DNA of 33,122 nucleotides from Parcubacteria group bacterium CG11_big_fil_rev_8_21_14_0_20_39_14 (GCA_002787255.1 PCWD01000012.1:8425-41546); one strand, 5' to 3'. Counted from the stretch's first letter, positions 19,569 through 29,432 are shown. Notes: a model not told the origin generated them from the sequence alone. A program made the numbers and translations.

Positions 19569-20819
19569 ATGGAGCCTTCTGTAATTTTACAACCGCTTTT
19601 AAGCTTTTTGGGAGGCTGGTGGTGGACTTTTACACCCATAATTTTGGGTTTTATTTTTTGGGAGCTTTATGTTTTTTTTGTTCGGGAAAAATTTTTTTTA
19701 ACCATCAAATTTGTTTTACTGGAGATTAGTTTACCGCGGGAAGTTGAAAAAACCCCAAAAGCAATGGAGCAAGTCTGGGATGAATTTCACGGACTTCATG
19801 ATATTTTTAATTTGAAGGAATTGTATATTAAAGGAGAATTTGTCCAATGGCTGAGCTGTGAGATTGTTTCAAATGGCGGCAAAATTCATTTTTATATTCG
19901 GACTCCCGAGATCTTTCGAGATTTGGTGGAAAGCGCTCTTTATTCTCAATATCCCGAGGTGGAAATCAGCGAAGTTGAAGATTATGTAAGTTCTGTTCCG
20001 GCTGATATACCCAATCGGGCTTATGATATGTGGGGCTCGGATTTTATTTTAACAAAATCCGATCCCTATCCAATAAAATGTTATGAGGAGTTTGAAGAAA
20101 TAAAAGAGGAGAAAAGGGTTGACCCGTTGTCTTCTTTGGTAGAGGGATTAGGCACCCTAAAAGAAGGCGAGCAGATATGGCTTCAAATTTTAGCTCAACC
20201 AATTTTATTTGAGGGAAGGCCCGCAGCCGAAAAATTAATCAGTAAATTATTTGGAAAAAAATTTGATGAAGAATCCGGAACGATGAAAGAATTGGGAAAG
20301 TTCACAACCGATATAATTGATATAATTACTACCGGCAGGAAAGCCGAAACCAATGAAGAAATAAGCCAGATGGATATGTTTAAATCTTTTATGCTCACTC
20401 CCGGCGAGCGGGAAATTTTAGAGGGGATTGAGAAGAAAATGGATAAACTTCCATTTTTTTGCAATATCCGTTTTATTTACATTGCTAAAAAAGAGATTTT
20501 TTTCAAACCAAAAATTAGATTGGCAATGTCGCCGTTTAAGCAATTTACCACCTTAAATGCCAATGGTATAAAAATCGGCCCAAACAAGACTAAGATTAAT
20601 TATTTCTTTGTTGATAGAAGGGTTTATTACAGAAAAAGAAGATTGTTGAGGTTTTATAAAAGGCGGCTTTTTGAAGTAGGGTGGAAACCAAACATCTTAA
20701 ATGCTGAAGAATTGGCAACCATCTTTCATTTTCCAGGCAAGCTCGTTGCGCCGGCTCCCATGGTTTCCAGAGTTGAAGCCAGAAAAGGCGAGCCGCCACC
20801 CACACTTCCAACAGAATAA
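19569..20819 (+). CDS. Conserved CPR membrane-anchored protein upstream of a VirD4-like ATPase
   Basis: N-terminal TM; LLEISLPRE..KTPKAMEQ, LYSQYPEVEI.EVEDY, ILNAEELATIFHFP. Confidence 0.75.
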   Translation: MEPSVILQPLLSFLGGWWWTFTPIILGFIFWELYVFFVREKFFLTIKFVLLEISLPREVEKTPKAMEQVWDEFHGLHDIFNLKELYIKGEFVQWLSCEIVSNGGKIHFYIRTPEIFRDLVESALYSQYPEVEISEVEDYVSSVPADIPNRAYDMWGSDFILTKSDPYPIKCYEEFEEIKEEKRVDPLSSLVEGLGTLKEGEQIWLQILAQPILFEGRPAAEKLISKLFGKKFDEESGTMKELGKFTTDIIDIITTGRKAETNEEISQMDMFKSFMLTPGEREILEGIEKKMDKLPFFCNIRFIYIAKKEIFFKPKIRLAMSPFKQFTTLNANGIKIGPNKTKINYFFVDRRVYYRKRRLLRFYKRRLFEVGWKPNILNAEELATIFHFPGKLVAPAPMVSRVEARKGEPPPTLPTE

Positions 20820-20885
20820 TAAATTGCAAATTGTAAATACCAAATCGTTGCGATAGGCGATTGGCGATAAGCAATCTGCGAAGAA

Positions 20886-22595
20886 ATGGAATTGCCAAAA
20901 AATAATGACATAACCTACTTTGCCGAAACAAATTTCAGAAATCAGAAAATTAAATTTGGCATCAGGCCCGATGACAGAAGGCGCCATCTTTATAGTGTTG
21001 GAAAAACCGGTATGGGAAAAACCGCTATGCTGGAAAATATGGCTATTCAGGATATTCAAAAAGGTCATGGTTTGGCGGTGGTTGACCCTCACGGCGAGTT
21101 TGCTGAAAAGATGCTTGACTTTGTTCCCTCCTCGCGGGTTAACGATGTGATTTATTTTAATCCGGCCGACATTGCTTACCCAATTGCTTTTAATGTCATT
21201 GAAAAAGTTCAGCCCGATTTCAGATATCTTATCGCTTCAGGGGTTTTGGGAGTGTTTAAAAAAATTTGGCCGGATGTCTGGTCGCCCCGAATGGAATACA
21301 TTTTAAACAACACCATACTGGCTCTTATTGAATACCCCGGGGCTACTCTTTTGGGAATAAATAGAATGCTGGCTGAAAAAGAATACAGGGATAAAGTAGT
21401 TAAAAGGATTACCGACCCCGGAGTAAAAGCTTTCTGGCTTAATGAATTTTCTAAATATCCGGACAGATTTCGAGAGGAAGCTGTGGCTCCAATTCAAAAT
21501 AAAGCCGGTCAGTTTATTTCCTCCCCCCTGATTCGCAATATTATCGGTCAGACAAAATCAACCATAAATGTCAGAAAGGTCATAGATGAGGGGAAAATTT
21601 TAATTTTAAATCTCTCTAAAGGCAGAATTGGCGAAGATGCTTCTCATTTGCTTGGCGCCTTGATGGTTTCCAAAATTCAATTAGCGGCAATGTCAAGAGT
21701 TAATATCCCCGAGGAGGAACGGAAGGATTTTTATCTTTATGTTGATGAATTTCAGAATTTTGCCACCGAATCTTTTGTCAATATTTTATCCGAAGCCAGA
21801 AAGTATCACCTTTGTTTAATTTTAGCTCATCAATATATTACCCAAATGGATGAGAAAGTCAGAGATGCGGTTTTTGGCAATGTCGGGACTTTGACAACTT
21901 TTCGGGTTGGAGCCGATGACGCTGAAGTTTTGGAGCCGGAATTTACTCCGGAATTTACGGCTCAGGATTTGGTGAATTTAGCAAAATACAATGTCTATTT
22001 AAAATTGATGATTGACGGAATTAGCTCCCGGGCTTTTTCGGCAGCAACTTTAGTTCCCTTTCAAAGACCAAAAGAAAATTATAGAGAAACAATTATTAAG
22101 GTTTCCCGGGAAAGATACGGGACTTTTCGCACAAAAATAGAAGAGAAAATTGTTAAATGGAGCGGGACGCTGGAACTTCCAGTCAGGGCAGAGGAGAAAG
22201 AAAGGGCCTTAGCCGCTGAGCTTTATGAAGCCCAATGCTGGGATTGCGGCAAATGGACCAGGGTAACTTTTAAGCCGGATGGAGTAAGGCCTGTTTACTG
22301 CAAAAGTTGTTTAAAAAAAACCAGAGAACAAAAAGAGCAGCAGAAAGATTATCGGGGAAATCGGGAGAATCGGGAGAATCGGGAGAGTGAGGGGAACTTA
22401 TCCTTAAAAGAGGCATTTCAAAAAGAGCCGGTATTTTTCAGGCCACGGAAAAAAGAGGAAGAGAAATTCACCAGAACAAGAGTTCGGCCCGATATTGGCG
22501 GATTAAGAAAAATTTTGACCAATAGAGATAGAGATAAAGAGGACGAATATCACGAGCTCTTAGAAAACGAAAGAGGGGGAGGGAGAAGAAGCTAA
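20886..22595 (+). CDS. VirD4/TraD/HerA-like P-loop ATPase with C-terminal CxxC-x17-CxxC domain
   Basis: GKTGMGKT, VVDPHGE, LYVDEFQNF, LSEARKY, AHQY; CWDC-x17-CKSC. Confidence 0.88.
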   Translation: MELPKNNDITYFAETNFRNQKIKFGIRPDDRRRHLYSVGKTGMGKTAMLENMAIQDIQKGHGLAVVDPHGEFAEKMLDFVPSSRVNDVIYFNPADIAYPIAFNVIEKVQPDFRYLIASGVLGVFKKIWPDVWSPRMEYILNNTILALIEYPGATLLGINRMLAEKEYRDKVVKRITDPGVKAFWLNEFSKYPDRFREEAVAPIQNKAGQFISSPLIRNIIGQTKSTINVRKVIDEGKILILNLSKGRIGEDASHLLGALMVSKIQLAAMSRVNIPEEERKDFYLYVDEFQNFATESFVNILSEARKYHLCLILAHQYITQMDEKVRDAVFGNVGTLTTFRVGADDAEVLEPEFTPEFTAQDLVNLAKYNVYLKLMIDGISSRAFSAATLVPFQRPKENYRETIIKVSRERYGTFRTKIEEKIVKWSGTLELPVRAEEKERALAAELYEAQCWDCGKWTRVTFKPDGVRPVYCKSCLKKTREQKEQQKDYRGNRENRENRESEGNLSLKEAFQKEPVFFRPRKKEEEKFTRTRVRPDIGGLRKILTNRDRDKEDEYHELLENERGGGRRS

Positions 22596-22679
22596 TCTTC
22601 CGCTTTGTTCTAAAAAGATACAATTTTTAACATAAGACCCGTACCTTAAAAATCTTTGTTTCTATGGAGGAATAAAAAA

Positions 22680-24230
22680 ATGAAAGATAAATACACTGTT
22701 GTTTTTGCAACTCCGGAAATGATGATTCCGGAATTGCCCGAACCAGCTTGCGGAGCAAACTTCCGGGGTGGACTGGGAATTCTTGCCGGTGATGTTATGG
22801 AGGGTCTTGCCAAAAGAGGAGTGCAGGCAATCGGAATAGTCCCTCTTTATCAGCTTCACTGGGTGACAAAAGAGGATATTTCCGCGACTGTCTCCGCGCT
22901 TCCTCTAAGATGCGTGGCGGAGGTTTTGGGACGAAAGATAGAGGCAAAAGAAGTTAATCGAGGCGGAATCCTTGTTCTTGGCATTTGGGCGCCGGAGGTT
23001 TTCAATGTCTTATATACTCCCGATCGGTGGCAACGATTGCAACAGGAAGCTTTACTCGGTCATGCAGTGCCTGCAGTTCTAAAAACACTCGGCATTAAAC
23101 CGGATATTGTCTGGCTCAATGAGGGTCATACGGCAGTGACCATTCCGGCAATGAAGGAAGAAGCATATTTTGCCGGAGCGAAATTTTTGTTTACCACCCA
23201 TACTCCGGTTTCCGAAGGAATGGAAAAATTCCCCGGAGATGACTGGTGGTTCAATGCTTTAGGAATTTCCGAAAAGTATCGTTCCATTTTTATCAAGGGC
23301 GGGATAGATATGACAAATGCCGCGATAATTCTTAGCGATTGGGTAAACGGTGTTAGCCAAGAGCATTGTGAAGTGACCCAGAAGATGTTTCCGGAATTTG
23401 TTTCTAAAATCGTGGGAATAACCAATGGTTCGAGCCGCGAGCTTTGGCTGTCGTATTATCTTAAGGCGCTTGGCGAAAGATTTACTCTTGCGGGATTCGT
23501 AAGGGCCCAAAGAGCTTCCAAAAAAGAACTTCTGGGATTTATTAAAAAGAGAACTGGAATAAAATTTGATTCCAAAAAACCGCTTTTGGGTTGGGTGCGC
23601 CGAATGGCTTGGTACAAACAGCAGTACCCGATGCTTAATCCTATCCTTAGAGCGATTTGCGCCGAAAAGGGCCAGATTGTGGAAACCGAGTTGGGAAAAC
23701 TGGAAGGATTGGGATTTCAGGTCTTTTCAGCCGGCCGGGCACATGAAAGCGATTCCACTTGTCTTGGTTGGATGGGGAAATTTCAGGAGCAAATGTCTGA
23801 ACCCGAATTAAGCGGTAAATTCATTTTTATTCCGGAATACAATTTGGAATTATTAAAGCTTGCAGCTCAGGGTTGCGATGTTTGGTTCTCCTGCCCGTTG
23901 CCGAAATGGGAGGCCTGCGGAACAGGCGACCAGCGAGCCGCCATTAACGGTAAAATAAACTTAACCACTCAAGCCGGCGGAGCAAAAGAATATATTTTGG
24001 AATACAATCCGGTAACTGGCGAAGGAAATGGATTTTTTATTGAACCATACGAGCCCAGTCAAGTTTATAACAAATTAAGAATTATTTCTGATTTATATTA
24101 TGATTGGATGGCGGGAAAAGATGGACGTTGGTTGGAATTAATGCGGGCTTCTTTTGAGGCTGGTAAAGGTTTGGATATATTGCAGGCGACTAAACAGTAC
24201 GAAAAAATTTTTGAAAATCTCTTGGGTTAG
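22680..24230 (+). CDS. Short alpha-glucan phosphorylase-like protein (GT35), divergent
   Basis: GGLGILAGD, WLNEGH, FTTHTP, VNGVS, ITNG, RRMAWYK, EACGTG; ATG 22680 after GGAGG. Confidence 0.8.
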   Translation: MKDKYTVVFATPEMMIPELPEPACGANFRGGLGILAGDVMEGLAKRGVQAIGIVPLYQLHWVTKEDISATVSALPLRCVAEVLGRKIEAKEVNRGGILVLGIWAPEVFNVLYTPDRWQRLQQEALLGHAVPAVLKTLGIKPDIVWLNEGHTAVTIPAMKEEAYFAGAKFLFTTHTPVSEGMEKFPGDDWWFNALGISEKYRSIFIKGGIDMTNAAIILSDWVNGVSQEHCEVTQKMFPEFVSKIVGITNGSSRELWLSYYLKALGERFTLAGFVRAQRASKKELLGFIKKRTGIKFDSKKPLLGWVRRMAWYKQQYPMLNPILRAICAEKGQIVETELGKLEGLGFQVFSAGRAHESDSTCLGWMGKFQEQMSEPELSGKFIFIPEYNLELLKLAAQGCDVWFSCPLPKWEACGTGDQRAAINGKINLTTQAGGAKEYILEYNPVTGEGNGFFIEPYEPSQVYNKLRIISDLYYDWMAGKDGRWLELMRASFEAGKGLDILQATKQYEKIFENLLG

Positions 24231-24298
24231 AAATAAAGTTAGGGATGAAAATTTGAAATAAGAGATTGGCGAACCGATGGCTTATTAAAAAGAAAGTT

Positions 24299-24329
24299 AA
24301 AAAGGATGCTTTTTAAAAGCATCCTTTTT
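24299..24329. terminator. Bidirectional intrinsic terminator
   Basis: AAAAAGGATGC-loop-GCATCCTTTTT between convergent genes. Confidence 0.85.
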
Positions 24330-24369
24330 CAATTACCATACAATGAAATTTAGCAGTTTTCGTATCCGG

Positions 24370-25212
24370 TTAGACACCCATAAGACCCGTGTCTTCTTCC
24401 GGTCCTTGCCGGCGCCAGTTTGCCGCTGGATTAAAAATTTCCTCCCAGCCAATCTCGTATTTCTCGGCTAATTCCCTTGCCGCTTTTAGTAATTGCTGGT
24501 CAATCTTGTCAACTCTGTTAACCGTATCCAGTTCCTCGCTTCCTGATTTTTCTCTTTTTCCAAGAGAGGAAAAAAGTTCATATCTTTCTGATAAAAGTTC
24601 GCGCATATCGCGCTGAAATTCTTTTTTTGCTTCTTCAACTTTTAACTCCCAGACCGGAGATTTTCGCTCTTCCGGCATTCTTTCCTTGAGGATTTCTTCT
24701 AAGCTGATTTCTCCCTTTTCGCTTTTTGAAATTGTTTCCCGACCCGGTTGACTTCCTCTTTTCTCGTATTTCTCTTTTGCCCTGGTTAATTTTTCAAGAA
24801 GGACTTCTCTTTTTTCCGCCAATAGCTCAAATTCAGTAAGAAGCCGTTCGTATCTATATTTTACCTTAGCCAAAATCAACTTTGATTCTCCTTCAGAAGA
24901 AATTAAATTTCTTTCCCCTGTTTCTTTTTCAAGAATTTCGGTTTTTTTCCTGGCAAGTTCAGAAAGCGCTTTTTTTACCGAAGAAGGAGAGCCTTCTCCA
25001 TTTTCCAGATATTTGAGGGCTTCGCTAATATCCACCCCCGTCTCTTTAGCTTCTTTTTCAAGAGTCCTGAATTTTTCGACAAATGTTAAAAATTTCTCAT
25101 CTTCAAACAAAGCTGAAAATTCCCTCCCGATTGGCATCTCGGATTTTCCCGGACCCGCCTATCTTTTTTCTTCTTGAGGTTTTGAAGACCGGGATTGTTC
25201 AAAATTTGACAT
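24370..25212 (-). CDS. Glu/Lys-rich coiled-coil hypothetical protein with an in-frame TAG at 25159-25161
   Basis: Track ORF 24370..25137 is in frame with upstream ATG 25212: MSNFEQSRSSKPQEEKR*AGPGKSEM. Confidence 0.65.
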
Positions 25213-25225
25213 ATCCACTACTATA

Positions 25226-25254
25226 AATCTATCAAAAATTTACTTTTTAGTCAA
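25226..25254 (-). promoter_or_regulatory. Putative sigma70 promoter
   Basis: TTGACT-17-TAGATT with extended TG, just upstream of ATG 25212. Confidence 0.55.
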
Positions 25255-25268
25255 TCCCAAGTAAATGC

Positions 25269-28013
25269 TTATTTTTTTAAGTTGTTTAAAATTTCACCGA
25301 GTTTGCGAATCTCTTCTCCATAAAGAGTCCAGTTTCCATCACGTTGAGCCTGCAAGGCTTGATGATAATGCTTTTGAGCCTGTTCTATCAGGCTTCCTTT
25401 TGATTTCAAAACCTCTTCTTTTTCAGAAGGAGCAGCGGGTAATTCTTTTTCTTCTTTTTTTTCTTGGTAGCCGAAAATTTGCCGGAGCGAGATTTCCAGG
25501 GTTTCTTCCATAGCAATGCGATTTTCATAAGCAACAATCACTCTTTTCAATTCTGGTATTTTGCCGCCTTCGGCCCGAAGATATAAAGGCCGAATATATA
25601 GCAGTGATTCCGCAATCGGAATAACCAAAAGATTTCCTTGAATAACCTCCGAGCCTCGCTGGTCCCAGAGAGAAATCTGTCGGGAAATTTCCGGGTCCTG
25701 ATTGATTCGATTAACAATTTGTTTTGGCCCAAAAACCAGCTTTTGTTTGGGAAAGCGATAAACCATCAGTTTTCCATAATTTTCACCGTCATTTCTTGCC
25801 ACCATCCAAGCCGAAAGATTATCTTTTTTCTTGGGAGTGAAGGGTATCATTAAAATAAACTCTTCTTTTGTTTCCCGGGGCAGCTTCATAACGATATGAC
25901 GCATAATGGGATCCGGCTTTCCTCGCTGGGTCAGGATAGGAATTTCCCATTGGTCCTCTTTGTTGTAAAAAATCTGGGGTTTTGCCATATGATAAATTGT
26001 ATAAAGCTTAGTCTGATAAGAAAAAATATCCTCGGGATAGCGAATATGCGCTCTTAAATCATCGGACATTTTATCAAGGGGCAGAAAAACTTCGGGAAAA
26101 ATCTTTGAATAAGTCTGAATTACGGGGTCATTTTTATCGGCAATGTAAAATTGCATTTCGCCGTCGTAAGCGTCAATCACCGCCTTTATAGAATTTCGGA
26201 TGTAATTGATGTTTTTGGGGAATTGATTTTTTGAAATGTTTATAAACTGAGCGTAAGGATAGCGGTCGCTTAAAGTGTAGGCGTCGTATATCCATTTCAG
26301 CTTCCCATCTTTTGTAATTACCATATAAGGGTCGTTGTCAAATTCTAAAAATGGCAATGCTTTCTCTACTCTTTCTTTGATGTTTCGATAATACAAAACC
26401 CTGCTTTCCCTGGTAATATCATTGGAAAAAAGAATTTTTAGAGAGCCGAATTTAGCGGCAAATAACGCTTTCCGAAGAAGTGAATTAATTGGAACACCTC
26501 CATTCCCTTTGTAGGTTTCAAAAACATTTTCTTCTCCCTCGGGATAATTAAACTCATTAGCTTTGGTTTTAACAAAAATATAGTCATTGGAAAGCTCGCC
26601 AAAGTATATTCCCGGTCTTTCAATGGAAAGAGACTCTATTGTTGAGGAAGGAGGCAGGTCTTTTATGAACAAAACCGGCAATCCTTCCTCGGTAACCTGA
26701 TTAACCGGACTCAAGGCAAGTCCAAAGCCGTGAGTGAAGGTAAAACGTTCATTAATAAAAGTGCGGTGAGGCAGACTGGCGGAGTTCAACTCTCTGGGGG
26801 AGAGCATAACCTGACGATATTCTCCATCAATGCAATAGCGATCATTATCCACCGAAATAAAATCATAATAAGTGCGAATCTCCTGAATTTGGCCAAAAGT
26901 GTCAAGAAGCGGGTCTCTATCCCAAAGACGGATATTTTTAATTGTTGATTGATTTTTGTTAATATCCGTTATATTAAGCTCGGTTTCTCCTTTGAGATAG
27001 TGCTGTTCAATCAGGTTAAGACCAAAAGCTTTCTGGGTAGCCGCAATGTTGTTGGCAATATAAGGAGACTCTTTAATAAGTTCGTTTGGAACAACAATAA
27101 ATTTTTGAACAATTATTGGATAAAACCAGCCGCCAAGAACGGCTACCGCAAAATAAAAGCCAACCGCCAGATAAAAAAGACGATTACCCGCCCTTTTTAT
27201 ATTTATAATTATAAGCAAAGTCCCTAAAAATGCCGCTATCATCAAAATATTTAGGGCTGGGAGTCTGGCCTGAATATCAGTAAAACTTGCTCCGATAAAA
27301 GGTCCGGTGGTTGAGTAAAATAAATCGGGGATTTTGTAAAAATACACTTTAAGGCCCAAAAGGGAAAACAGAATAGCAGCAAGTATGGAAAGGTGGATTT
27401 TTGTGTTCTCTCGCGTTTCTAATTTTCCCTTGTAGTAAGAAACGGTTCTGCGAAGGATGAAAAGGAAAATTGTCCCGATTAAGCAAACAATAACTATAAA
27501 GAAAATCAGGTCAATAAGCATTTTAATAAAAGGAAGCGTAAAGAAATAAAAAGAAATATCCCGATTAAAAATCGGGTCAAGGGTTTCAAAGGGAGTAGAA
27601 TTAAGATATTGAAGAACAATCTGCCATTTTGATGCCGTAAAAAGTCCTGTAAAAAACCCCACAACTAACGAAAGAATAAGACTGAATTTATTAATATTTT
27701 CTTCGGTGTCGAAGTTGACCTGGCTTAACTGAATTCCCTCAGAGGTTTTATTAATGAGGCGGGGGGAGCTTGCCCATTTTGCAGTTAAGCGGTTGGCTAT
27801 TCTGAAATTAATATAAATTAAACTAAAAATAAGAAAACCGGCGGCAGCTCCGAGTAAAATTTTAACGCTAAAAATAGTTATAAATATTTTTTCAAAACCG
27901 AGTTGCAAAAACCAAAGCCAATCGGCAATTAAATGAATGCTTAACGGTCCAATGAATATTAAAAGAAAAATACCGGCATAGATGATAAAGCGAATAATTC
28001 GTTTTGAGTTCAT
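25269..28013 (-). CDS. UPF0182 family membrane protein
   Basis: 914 aa; DWLWF..LGF, DPIFNRDISFYFFTLP, NIRLWD, FTHGFG, INYIRNSIKA, RYPEDIF, IPELKRVIV. Confidence 0.92.
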   Translation of the reverse strand: MNSKRIIRFIIYAGIFLLIFIGPLSIHLIADWLWFLQLGFEKIFITIFSVKILLGAAAGFLIFSLIYINFRIANRLTAKWASSPRLINKTSEGIQLSQVNFDTEENINKFSLILSLVVGFFTGLFTASKWQIVLQYLNSTPFETLDPIFNRDISFYFFTLPFIKMLIDLIFFIVIVCLIGTIFLFILRRTVSYYKGKLETRENTKIHLSILAAILFSLLGLKVYFYKIPDLFYSTTGPFIGASFTDIQARLPALNILMIAAFLGTLLIIINIKRAGNRLFYLAVGFYFAVAVLGGWFYPIIVQKFIVVPNELIKESPYIANNIAATQKAFGLNLIEQHYLKGETELNITDINKNQSTIKNIRLWDRDPLLDTFGQIQEIRTYYDFISVDNDRYCIDGEYRQVMLSPRELNSASLPHRTFINERFTFTHGFGLALSPVNQVTEEGLPVLFIKDLPPSSTIESLSIERPGIYFGELSNDYIFVKTKANEFNYPEGEENVFETYKGNGGVPINSLLRKALFAAKFGSLKILFSNDITRESRVLYYRNIKERVEKALPFLEFDNDPYMVITKDGKLKWIYDAYTLSDRYPYAQFINISKNQFPKNINYIRNSIKAVIDAYDGEMQFYIADKNDPVIQTYSKIFPEVFLPLDKMSDDLRAHIRYPEDIFSYQTKLYTIYHMAKPQIFYNKEDQWEIPILTQRGKPDPIMRHIVMKLPRETKEEFILMIPFTPKKKDNLSAWMVARNDGENYGKLMVYRFPKQKLVFGPKQIVNRINQDPEISRQISLWDQRGSEVIQGNLLVIPIAESLLYIRPLYLRAEGGKIPELKRVIVAYENRIAMEETLEISLRQIFGYQEKKEEKELPAAPSEKEEVLKSKGSLIEQAQKHYHQALQAQRDGNWTLYGEEIRKLGEILNNLKK

Positions 28014-28029
28014 AAAAATTATAAGAAAA

Positions 28030-28602
28030 TTATAAGCTCAAAAGCTTGGCGGTAAGGAAAATTTCAATCGCCGCCGCTAAAGCTAAAAGGGGCAGTAGGA
28101 CTTTCAAAAAAAATTTAAAAGCAATAAGAATTTCTGTTTTTAATTCCCCCGGTTTTTTAAAAACTTTTTTGTAAGCCGTTTTGCCAATTTTAAGCCCAAC
28201 CGCGCAAGCTAAAATCATAACCGGAATTTCTATTATTCCATGGGGCAGTATGCCGGTAAAAAATCCCGGCCAGAGTAGATTATCTTTTAAGAGAAAGGCT
28301 AACATTCCCAAAATTGCTCCGTTTGAAAATAAAACCATTCCCGGAAAAATTCCAAAAATAATTCCCAAAGAAAGAACCAGAAATAGGGTAAAACTATTGT
28401 TTAAAAAAACAAAGACAAATTGCCACAAAGCGCTTGTTTTAAGCATCGGCCCGTAGGCTTGACGCATTTCTTCCAAAAGAAATTGGGCCTTTTCTGGTTG
28501 CTCTTGAGCCGAGAGATACCCGAGAAAGGCGGAAAAAACAAAAAGCAAAAACGCAAAAAGCAGAAAAAACCGAAGCGAATAAAGATAATCACCGTATTTC
28601 AT
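28030..28602 (-). CDS. Stage II sporulation protein M (SpoIIM/DUF95) family membrane protein
   Basis: VFLNN, NGAILG, ILPHGIIEIP, AAAIE. Confidence 0.88.
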   Translation of the reverse strand: MKYGDYLYSLRFFLLFAFLLFVFSAFLGYLSAQEQPEKAQFLLEEMRQAYGPMLKTSALWQFVFVFLNNSFTLFLVLSLGIIFGIFPGMVLFSNGAILGMLAFLLKDNLLWPGFFTGILPHGIIEIPVMILACAVGLKIGKTAYKKVFKKPGELKTEILIAFKFFLKVLLPLLALAAAIEIFLTAKLLSL

Positions 28603-28608
28603 AATTTG

Positions 28609-28779
28609 TTATTCGGAATTTCGGGCGCGGAGAAACAAAATCAAACCGGCTAAAAATATTACAAACCCTATCAGTCCCAGGAAAAGTTGAACAAAAAGCG
28701 GCCACCACCAAACCACAATTCCATAAATTCCAAAGCCCATCAAAGAAACGCTCAAAATAACAAGTAATATTTTTTTCAT
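28609..28779 (-). CDS. Small 2-TM membrane protein (56 aa, not in the ORF track)
   Basis: MKKILLVILSVSLMGFGIYGIVVWWWPLFVQLFLGLIGFVIFLAGLILFLRARNSE; ends 6 bp before the next start. Confidence 0.7.
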   Translation of the reverse strand: MKKILLVILSVSLMGFGIYGIVVWWWPLFVQLFLGLIGFVIFLAGLILFLRARNSE

Positions 28780-28912
28780 GCCAATTTTGTCCCCTTCAAG
28801 TTTTTAAACAAAAAACCTGAAGGGGAGATAAAAAAGTTTTGCTCTAAATTCTATTACTCCACCCAAAATTTAATTAAGCGTTCAAAAATTTGGGAGGGCT
28901 ACAAAATTGAGC

Positions 28913-28957
28913 ACCCCGTTAGATGAGCGAGCTCTTGCGAGCTCTATCTAACGGGGT
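28913..28957. repeat. Short ACCCCGTTAGA...TCTAACGGGGT element
   Basis: 11-bp terminal inverted repeat with internal GAGCTC hairpin. Confidence 0.8.
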
Positions 28958-29142
28958 GAACGGATGTTTTACTACTGGATTGATATACCGGGTATGTCTT
29001 GTTGAGCTTTATTCCTCTGTTTTAATGAATATTTTTTTATCATTACCTTAAGTTAACATTTCTTTGGCAAAAAAACAAGGTAGGTTTTTAAAAAATGGGA
29101 GTTGACGACCCCTTTGAGAAGAGTAAAATAGAAAGTGAAATC

Positions 29143-29261
29143 ATGGGTAAACCAAGGTGGTAAAAATAAATATGTTTACTACGGGACCAAGAGATCCAAA
29201 GCCAAGAAAAGAGGATTGGATACCGTTTAAATAAATTATGGGTAAACCGCGGCCCTTTTAA
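29143..29261 (+). other. Cluster of three micro-ORFs: MGKPRW, MFTTGPRDPKPRKEDWIPFK, MGKPRPF
   Basis: ORFs at 29143-29163, 29172-29234 and 29238-29261, downstream of TTGACG-16-TAAAAT (29102-29129). Confidence 0.4.
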
Positions 29262-29315
29262 TTTATTATTTAACTTTTAATAATATTAGATTTTGACATG
29301 GGCAAAATTCTTGGC

Positions 29316-29399
29316 TGTCCAAGATGAGATACATCTGTGACACCCATTGAATGGGCGGTAAAATACAAGCAACTGTCACAAATGTACTCATCTCGTACA
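29316..29399. mobile_element. 84-bp MITE-like element with IS481-like TGT...ACA ends
   Basis: TGTCCAAGATGAGATACATCTGTGACA vs reverse complement of the right end TGTACGAGATGAG-TACATTTGTGACA; no target duplication seen. Confidence 0.7.
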
Positions 29400-29404
29400 A
29401 AAAT

Positions 29405-29432
29405 TTGACAAAATTTTTGATGGGTGTATAAT
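29405..29432 (+). promoter_or_regulatory. Consensus sigma70 promoter
   Basis: TTGACA-16-TATAAT. Confidence 0.7.

Noticed and set aside
28972..29043. 23-codon minus-strand ORF MIKKYSLKQRNKAQQDIPGISIQ
   Set aside because: No RBS, motif or paralog; cannot be supported
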